The notes under the pieces are model-generated. The model saw only the letters and a program-made list of their open reading frames with translations, was not told where the DNA came from and did not search any database. The position numbers were made by a program, and so were the translations under genes. Source: Candidatus Eiseniibacteriota bacterium (GTDB lineage: Bacteria; Eisenbacteria; RBG-16-71-46). Taken from it: a DNA stretch of 64,000 bases. The DNA is taken from NCBI GenBank assembly GCA_044223005.1, contig JBGAML010000001.1:256001-320000 (forward strand). The letters are read 5' to 3'. Positions 58,027 to 64,000 of this stretch are shown here, piece after piece (position 1 is the stretch's first letter; each line of letters starts with the position of its first letter).

Positions 58027-60777
58027 CTAGGGCGTGTTCCCTTGCCCAAACTTGGCGCGAACCCACGCCGGGAGATTATCAGGGTCCATAAGCAGCACCC
58101 CGTCACACGCAATTGGCCCGCGAGATACAATCTCTTTCAGGAAGGCCTCCTGCGTGTCCCGTGCAATCCGAATAAGAGGTGCCGCATCTACCGTCGGGAC
58201 ATAGGTTGGATCAACGGCCCGGGCGGATTCGCCAGCCCCCCTGGTAAATCGGAGGTTCTTTGCCAAGCCATCACGGAATAGCGCCTCATCTGGCATCATA
58301 ACCACAGCGTAGCTCAGCCAAGGCGTGGCCTCATCGCGGCGCTCCACATTGTGGAGAACCTGCCCAACGCGGAACGCCCCCTCTGCACTCGTTCGATCTC
58401 TATCGAACCCGGTCATGGCGAGCTTGACGCGTCGTCCAGCCTCAAGGCTTTCGTCATCAGCCCACCAACAGGCCTGCACCTCTTCCGCAGCGGCAATGAT
58501 TGCGGCGTCATACACGGCTTGGGCCAACTCCCCACGACCGGCAGCACGGAGCACTCTCGCAAGATTCCGCACCATCCCGGACTCGGCCCGCCCCGAAGGG
58601 GTCCGAACTGCCGCCAACGCTAGCCTCAACCCCTCCTCATGCAGCTTGAGACGCACAAGCGCATCTTCTGCCGCCGCAACAGCGCTTGGATAGAGCGCCT
58701 CGGTGAAGCGATCATCCAAAGCAAACGCATCGCTCTGCAACCCTTCAACCGTGCGCCCAATTGCCTCAAGTACAACCGTCAGGCCCTGCCGGATAACACG
58801 TTCGTCATTGGCCCGTATGAGTTCTCGACCGCAGACTATCCGCGTATGAATCTCGCCAGCCGGTACTCGTCTCATGAATACGTCAGCAATGGCGAGCCGG
58901 AGCGCTGTATTGGCTCCAACTCGATCTGCGATCAAGACGGCCGTTGTCATTTCAGCACCGCTCAGCTCAGGATGCACGGCAGCCGCACAAAGAAGCCACT
59001 CATTGTCGCGCTTTGCTCGCTCCCCGCCCTGCGCAACCAACACCTCCAACAACGCACGGCAGGTCGGGGTCCAACCAGACCGCGCGAACACCTCGACAGC
59101 GACCACTGGGGCAACCGTCCGCAGCGTGTCGGCAACAATCCCGGGAATGGCAACTGTGCCCCCGATATTTTGTTGCCACGCTGCCACAACTTCCTGCACG
59201 CGCTCCCGGTTCTGAGGTGACGCTTCGCGCGCTCGCGACTCACGGAGAGGCCTGCCGCCTGTCGGCTCCTCGATTTCTGGGCTGGAACGCCAGTCCGAGA
59301 GGGCTGGGGGCAGAATTGATTCGACGGCCAGCAGGGCCGAGCGAGTCGCCGCTAGGTTCTCCCCAAGCCTTGGGCCCGCCTTCAGGAATTCAACCAGCAT
59401 GCCGGGCGCAGGCCTTTCCCCGAGCTCAAACGTCCTCAACTCCGGATCAAAGTAGAGAAATGGGACGGACGCGCCCTCAAGAGCCCGCACCTCGCACGTG
59501 ACCAGCTGCCTCGGATCCGGCCGCCTTGCTGGCGCGTAGTAGTACACTAGTCGTGCGGCCAGACCAAAGGCGGCCACTTTTGTTAGGTACTGTTGTGCAA
59601 TGGCTTGATTTCCAAGCGCGGCCAGACCTTCCCAGGGCGGCTCTCCGTCCGCAGCCCGGAAGCGTTCAATAATTCCAGCGACCGCGCCGGCAAAGAGCTT
59701 TATGTGTCGAGGATTGCGGCCATACGCATCACGAATGAATTCACCGAGCCCTTGGTAGTAGGACCCGCTCGGCAACAAAGATTCCAGCCATCGGTTAAGA
59801 TCCACATCTGAAGGCTCAGGCGGTCGCATTCTTCTGAAGAACATCTTCTCCATCCACATCCTGGCTTGCTCAGCATACGCCCAAGCGTGCGGACTTGGCC
59901 CAGCACCTGCCCCGAGCCCCCCCTTCTCAAGAAAATCCCGTTCTACCACACGCATTACCACTGTTGCGTTCATCGGGTATACAAGAAGCGCCCCCCACCT
60001 CTCAAGCATAGTCCTGTGTAGATCGAACACGCCCATCAAGACGTCGTGGCCGCACCGATCGACGTCATCAATGACAAAAAGAATTCTCGCCGTACCCCCT
60101 CTGCCCAGAATGCCATAACGCACGCTTTCGATAAGCTCGTGGAACTCTTTCGGCGTCCACGGACCCGAACGGTCAGCCCACACTGCCAGCCACGCCCTTG
60201 CGTCTTCGATCAGTCTCTTCTCAACGCGCTTCAAAGTCCTCGGATCGTCATGCGGTGCGTCCGGCGGAAGAACGGGCCGTAGCGGATGCACCTCGGGGTC
60301 GTGGGCGTCGTTTGCCCCCGACGACGCCAACAGGCGCTTCGCCACGTGTACGGCCGCCCCAAGCAGGCTATCGCTGACAAACGGCAGGACATCGGCCCGC
60401 GTCCCGATCATTGACGTGTCAATCCAGATGGTAAGGACGCCGTTCTTGAGCCCAAGATCGTTCTTTGCGAGGCCCGACTGAATTAGGCGTGCCAGAGAAC
60501 TCTTCCCCGACCCCCACGCGCCGTCGATACAGAGCGTAAACGGCGTCTCAAGCTCCGGCGACAGGATGAGATTCTGGATCCCCTTAGCAATGTGTTGGAA
60601 TCCGAACCAGTCCTCCTGGTCACGACCGATTGGGCGATCGCTCAGCGCTGCCGTGTTCCCCCTCGCCGAAGACGCAAGCGCCTGAACTGCATTGTCCGCC
60701 GCTCGGCCGGCCTCTTGATATGCGAGCGCCCGATCAGCATCGAGATGTGCAAGCTGAAGCTCCCAAATTCGACTCAC
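58027..60777 (-). CDS. KAP-family P-loop NTPase with a long helical/TPR-like C-terminal region
   Basis: SDRP..DWFGF, TPFTLCIDGAWGSGKS (Walker A), ILFVIDDVDRC (Walker B), WMEKMF and NPRHIK; intact 916-aa frame in the low-GC island. Confidence 0.88.
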   Translation of the reverse strand: MSRIWELQLAHLDADRALAYQEAGRAADNAVQALASSARGNTAALSDRPIGRDQEDWFGFQHIAKGIQNLILSPELETPFTLCIDGAWGSGKSSLARLIQSGLAKNDLGLKNGVLTIWIDTSMIGTRADVLPFVSDSLLGAAVHVAKRLLASSGANDAHDPEVHPLRPVLPPDAPHDDPRTLKRVEKRLIEDARAWLAVWADRSGPWTPKEFHELIESVRYGILGRGGTARILFVIDDVDRCGHDVLMGVFDLHRTMLERWGALLVYPMNATVVMRVVERDFLEKGGLGAGAGPSPHAWAYAEQARMWMEKMFFRRMRPPEPSDVDLNRWLESLLPSGSYYQGLGEFIRDAYGRNPRHIKLFAGAVAGIIERFRAADGEPPWEGLAALGNQAIAQQYLTKVAAFGLAARLVYYYAPARRPDPRQLVTCEVRALEGASVPFLYFDPELRTFELGERPAPGMLVEFLKAGPRLGENLAATRSALLAVESILPPALSDWRSSPEIEEPTGGRPLRESRAREASPQNRERVQEVVAAWQQNIGGTVAIPGIVADTLRTVAPVVAVEVFARSGWTPTCRALLEVLVAQGGERAKRDNEWLLCAAAVHPELSGAEMTTAVLIADRVGANTALRLAIADVFMRRVPAGEIHTRIVCGRELIRANDERVIRQGLTVVLEAIGRTVEGLQSDAFALDDRFTEALYPSAVAAAEDALVRLKLHEEGLRLALAAVRTPSGRAESGMVRNLARVLRAAGRGELAQAVYDAAIIAAAEEVQACWWADDESLEAGRRVKLAMTGFDRDRTSAEGAFRVGQVLHNVERRDEATPWLSYAVVMMPDEALFRDGLAKNLRFTRGAGESARAVDPTYVPTVDAAPLIRIARDTQEAFLKEIVSRGPIACDGVLLMDPDNLPAWVRAKFGQGNTP

Positions 60778-60807
60778 GGCGGCCCCCTTCGGACGCGTCC
60801 AGCATAG

Positions 60808-61665
60808 CTAGCCGTTGGCGTGTATAGACAGTAGATACAAACTGGCCCTCGAGATTTGGAGGGGCCTGCCATGGAGAATTGCATTTAGACGACCGGAGCT
60901 TCTGATCGCCACTGCAATTGCATCGGCGATCTCCAACTCGATCTCGGCCGGCGGGATCATGGGCTTGTCGCAGTTGACAAGCGATTGCGTTGCGCGTGCC
61001 GCAAGTCCACGAAGCACGGCTTCATTGGTGGCCAGAAAGCCCTTGCCCAACCCCCAGCGTCGTTCATGCGACCGAACCCAGTCATAGCTGAGCTTCCATT
61101 CGGCGACCCACGCGTCAGGAAATGGAGCGCCCGGGCCCTTCAGTTGCTTGAATGGTGATGATCGTGCGGGCAGATGTGCTTCCAAGCGGAGAGGCTGCGA
61201 TCCGACGCGGAGGACAAGATTCCTGATTAGCAAACCCACGCCTTTGTACCATCCGGTTTCGGAACCAACCATCAAGGTTGCGATCGTAGCGCCGACCGCT
61301 GGTGCGGACAGGCAAGCTATTAAGAGGGCGAGAGCGAAGGGGTTGCCGGAGATCGCGAACCGCCGCGTTTGAATGCTGTGATTCAGGAATAGGAATGCGA
61401 GCGTGGTGCTCGCCAGCACAGCCAGCGCCGCCAAGAGTATCCACAGCGGACGAGCGGATTGAGCGAGCGCGGCACGGGCGGTCGCATCCTTCTCTTCCTC
61501 AGATGCCAGCGCATTGATGAATACGTTTGCGTACCAGAGCAGCACGGTTACATAGAGCGCTGCCGTGGTAGTCGACAGCGCCAAGATTGCCAGCGTCGGG
61601 TCGGAACTGGTTGCGGCTGCGGCTGCGACCGCAGCTTTCCCTGATATTAGGCAGACATGGCACAT
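60808..61665 (-). CDS. Uncharacterised 3-TM membrane protein with a soluble C-terminal domain
   Basis: 285-aa ORF with three hydrophobic helices; ends 30 nt before the KAP start on the same strand. Confidence 0.7.
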   Translation of the reverse strand: MCHVCLISGKAAVAAAAATSSDPTLAILALSTTTAALYVTVLLWYANVFINALASEEEKDATARAALAQSARPLWILLAALAVLASTTLAFLFLNHSIQTRRFAISGNPFALALLIACLSAPAVGATIATLMVGSETGWYKGVGLLIRNLVLRVGSQPLRLEAHLPARSSPFKQLKGPGAPFPDAWVAEWKLSYDWVRSHERRWGLGKGFLATNEAVLRGLAARATQSLVNCDKPMIPPAEIELEIADAIAVAIRSSGRLNAILHGRPLQISRASLYLLSIHANG

Positions 61666-61866
61666 GAGTTATGGATATCATGCGTTGCCATGATGTCGTC
61701 AAGCAGAATCTACCCTCGTCCCGGCTGGTGCGGCTCGTTTGGTTTCTCAGCGCCCGTAGTGGCGAGCGCTTGGCGCCAGGGGCATCTCGCCGACGGATCG
61801 GCGAATCGCTTGCGCAGTTGATGGGGCCCTCAGGCGAGCGCCAGCCCAATGGTGACACACACCACC

Positions 61867-61892
61867 GCCCCGGCACCTTTCGGCGCCGGGGC
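61867..61892 (-). terminator. Hairpin downstream of the DUF3078-like gene
   Basis: gccccggcgcc-GAAA-ggtgccggggc on the minus strand. Confidence 0.6.
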
Positions 61893-61919
61893 AGTTCGTA
61901 TCCAGATGCCGGGGGACGA

Positions 61920-62957
61920 TCAGAACATCCGGTACGTGAAGCCCAGGGCGAGGACTTCCTTGAACTGGCCGGCCTTGCGGGTGCTGTGGTCCACCACCGC
62001 GGCGCGCTCGACGAGCGGCTTGGTGTTGTCGAGGTTCGCGGCGGCGTCGTACTTGTCGTAGATCCACTGCGTGACCAGGTTCACCGAGATCGCCTTGGTG
62101 ATCTGGGCCGAGAACGTGTTCTGCAGGTTCACGTCCGGCGCCCTCCAGAAGTCGGCGGCGGCTTCGTGCGTCACGGCGCCACCGGAGGCGGCCACGTCCT
62201 GGTCGAACTGCTTCAGGGCGCTCGAGCCGGAGTAGAAGACGGGCTGGAACACGAGCAGCGAGCCGGTCCAGAGCACCTTCTTCTGCAGTATCGGCTGCTT
62301 CACGTTGGTCTGCCATTCGATGCCGCCGTCGTTGGCACTGAAGCTCGCGGTGGTCTTCGGGTTCACCGACAGCAGCGTCTTGCCCATCGTCTGGCGGAAG
62401 CCGAAGCCGAGTCGCGTGATCGCTTCGCGATCCTCGGCCTTGTACAGCACGCGCGCCAGACCGGCGGATTCCTTGAGCTTGATCGGGTTCAGGCTCAGCG
62501 AGCCGAGCGGGTTGCTCTGGTCGAGGAACTGCGACTCCGCGCGCAGCGCGAGGTACGGATCGACGACCTTCTCGAGCGTCCAGCGGCCCGTCGACTCGAA
62601 CAGGATCTGGTCCGTGGTCTTGTCGGGCGTGCTCCACACGCGCTCGCCGGGATGCGACGGGTCGTCTTCCTGGCGCGTGGTCTGGCCGTAGGCGAGCGTC
62701 AGCTGCGAGGAGCTGTTGAAGCTCTTCGAGAACTGGCGCTCGGCGTTGCTCACCGAGCCCAGCACCCACACGGCCGAGCCCTTGTCACCGCCCGACCAAT
62801 TGGTGCTGAACGAGCTCTGCGACAGGTTGAGCGACACCTGCTCGCCGAACTTCCACGGACCGGGCTCGATCGGCTTGGGCGGATCGGCGGCATGGACGGC
62901 GGCAGGCGCGGACAGCGCGACGATCGCGAGCAGCGTGAAGGCGGACATGCGGCGCAT
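61920..62957 (-). CDS. Outer-membrane beta-barrel (DUF3078-like)
   Basis: GGAG RBS; signal peptide; LNLSQSSFSTNWSGG, KTTDQI and QFKEVLALGFTYRMF (terminal Phe). Confidence 0.82.
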   Translation of the reverse strand: MRRMSAFTLLAIVALSAPAAVHAADPPKPIEPGPWKFGEQVSLNLSQSSFSTNWSGGDKGSAVWVLGSVSNAERQFSKSFNSSSQLTLAYGQTTRQEDDPSHPGERVWSTPDKTTDQILFESTGRWTLEKVVDPYLALRAESQFLDQSNPLGSLSLNPIKLKESAGLARVLYKAEDREAITRLGFGFRQTMGKTLLSVNPKTTASFSANDGGIEWQTNVKQPILQKKVLWTGSLLVFQPVFYSGSSALKQFDQDVAASGGAVTHEAAADFWRAPDVNLQNTFSAQITKAISVNLVTQWIYDKYDAAANLDNTKPLVERAAVVDHSTRKAGQFKEVLALGFTYRMF

Positions 62958-63557
62958 CGGCAGGATCTCCGGAAGTTGGTACTCGGCCCGAGGGGCCCGA
63001 AGGAAGCACGGCGGTGGCACGTCCGGAGGTTCCCCTTGCAACTCTACCGGTCTATGAACGTGCACACCGCCGCATCCTGAAGAGAGTACGGGCGCGCCGT
63101 CAACGCACCGGCGAGGCAGTCGCCGCGCGATCCGAAGGGGGTTCGGTTCGGGACGCGCACCGTACTCGTATGTCTTGTCGCCGGCCGGGCGGTGTGCTCG
63201 GGGCAGTTCCACGCCGCAATGCGAGAGGTACACCGCGCCGGCCAGCGAAAACCTGTTTGGACGCGCGAGAGGACTCCTCCGCCTTCCCGGAGAACGACCC
63301 CATCCCCCCCCGAGGTGTAGGGCGTTTCCATTCCAGCTTCGGCGCCGTTCCGCGCGCGTCCGGCCTTCAGACAGTGGTCCGGGGCAAAAGTCACATCGCC
63401 CGGGCGGTCCGCGGCGAGAGTCCCTTTTCACGTTGCCCGAACTGCGGTTACAGTCCGCCCACTTCGCGCTCGCGGGCCGGCGAGCCACGTTCGTTCGTGC
63501 CCGCAAGGAATGACGTGACCTTGAAGAGACTTCGGTTGTCCACCGAAGAAGGGCCCC

Positions 63558-64000
63558 ATGACGGACGACGAAGCCCTGGTCCGCGCGGCGCTCGAGGCGC
63601 CCGAGGGCGACACGCAGGCGTTCGAGCAGCTGGTGCGCCGCCACCAGTCCAAGGTGCTGGCCAACTGCCGGCACCTGACGCGCTCGGCCGACGACGCCGA
63701 GGACCTGGCGCAGGAAGTGTTCGTGAAGGTGTTCTTCAAGCTGCAGAGCTTCGAGGGCCGCTCGAAGTTCCTCACATGGGTGCAGCGCATCAAGGTCAAT
63801 CACTGCCTCAACTTCCTCAAGGCGAAGCGAGGCCGCGCGTTCCTCGACGTGGACGACGCGGTGGTCGCGAGCGAGCCGGCACTCAAGGTGCCGGACGCGA
63901 GCCTGCCGAAGGTGGAGCGCGACCAGATGCGGGCGCGCATCCGCGAAGTGCTGGACGCGATGCCCGATTCGCTGCGGGTGCCGCTGGTGATGAGTGACGT
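63558..64000 (+). CDS. ECF sigma-70 factor (3'-truncated by the window edge)
   Basis: MTDDEALV..GDTQAFEQLVRRH...DAEDLAQEVFVK...FEGRSKFLTWVQRI.VNHC (region 2); region 4 begins before the edge. Confidence 0.92.
   Translation, partial: MTDDEALVRAALEAPEGDTQAFEQLVRRHQSKVLANCRHLTRSADDAEDLAQEVFVKVFFKLQSFEGRSKFLTWVQRIKVNHCLNFLKAKRGRAFLDVDDAVVASEPALKVPDASLPKVERDQMRARIREVLDAMPDSLRVPLVMSD

Larger units (their letters stand above)
57404..61860. mobile_element. Lower-GC horizontally acquired island (boundaries approximate)
   Basis: Abrupt compositional shift after 57403 and return to host composition near 61860; IS debris at the left edge. Confidence 0.8.

Noticed and set aside
58042..60282. Several short plus-strand ORFs within the island
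   Set aside because: They are antisense to the intact KAP gene and have no recognisable motifs.
63078..63122. Loose resemblance to a yybP-ykoY riboswitch (GAGTA...CGTCAAC...GGCGAG)
   Set aside because: The spacing is too short and key segments deviate. It cannot be supported without an Rfam scan.
61920..63803. 627-aa ORF extending the barrel gene
   Set aside because: The extension is antisense to the ECF sigma gene and crosses intergenic DNA. The signal peptide and RBS place the start at 62957.

Overview
This 64 kb window comes from a very GC-rich diderm bacterium: it has several outer-membrane beta-barrels, two TolC proteins, lipoproteins and Tat substrates. The lineage cannot be fixed from sequence alone. 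It is densely coding, with about 45 credible CDS. I found no rRNA, tRNA or CRISPR array. The main modules, in order, are: (1) a cusCBA-type heavy-metal RND efflux operon preceded by a small Cys/His-rich ORF ending in RAPP, a candidate metal-sensing ribosome-arrest leader; (2) arginase and a PAS-GAF-PAS hybrid histidine kinase; (3) divergent from the kinase, a four-gene operon that looks like a complete trans-envelope electron conduit, made of a His-rich inner-membrane protein, a membrane-anchored 2x[4Fe-4S]/FAD/NAD(P)H oxidoreductase, a 20-heme c-type cytochrome and an outer-membrane beta-barrel; (4) a P1B-4-type metal ATPase; (5) a TetR-TolC-EmrAB efflux operon; (6) an OmpR/kinase pair divergent from a macA/macB-like operon that has no ATPase, with two mirror-image direct-repeat boxes between them; (7) an L,D-transpeptidase, tldD/pmbA, an Acg-type nitroreductase, Mut7-C, GT2/WecA, a GT-C/TPR protein, an Eis-like GNAT, a thioesterase, and a Tat-signal small protein paired with an amidase; (8) a lower-GC island (about 57.4-61.85 kb) with a two-gene cassette (3-TM protein + KAP P-loop NTPase with a long helical/TPR-like tail, a candidate anti-phage system) next to nested IS481/IS3/IS30 remnants; (9) a DUF3078-like barrel and a truncated ECF sigma factor. 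Many start codons were moved from the ORF track using RBS and stop/start-overlap evidence. All family calls come from recognising motifs by eye, not from database searches.
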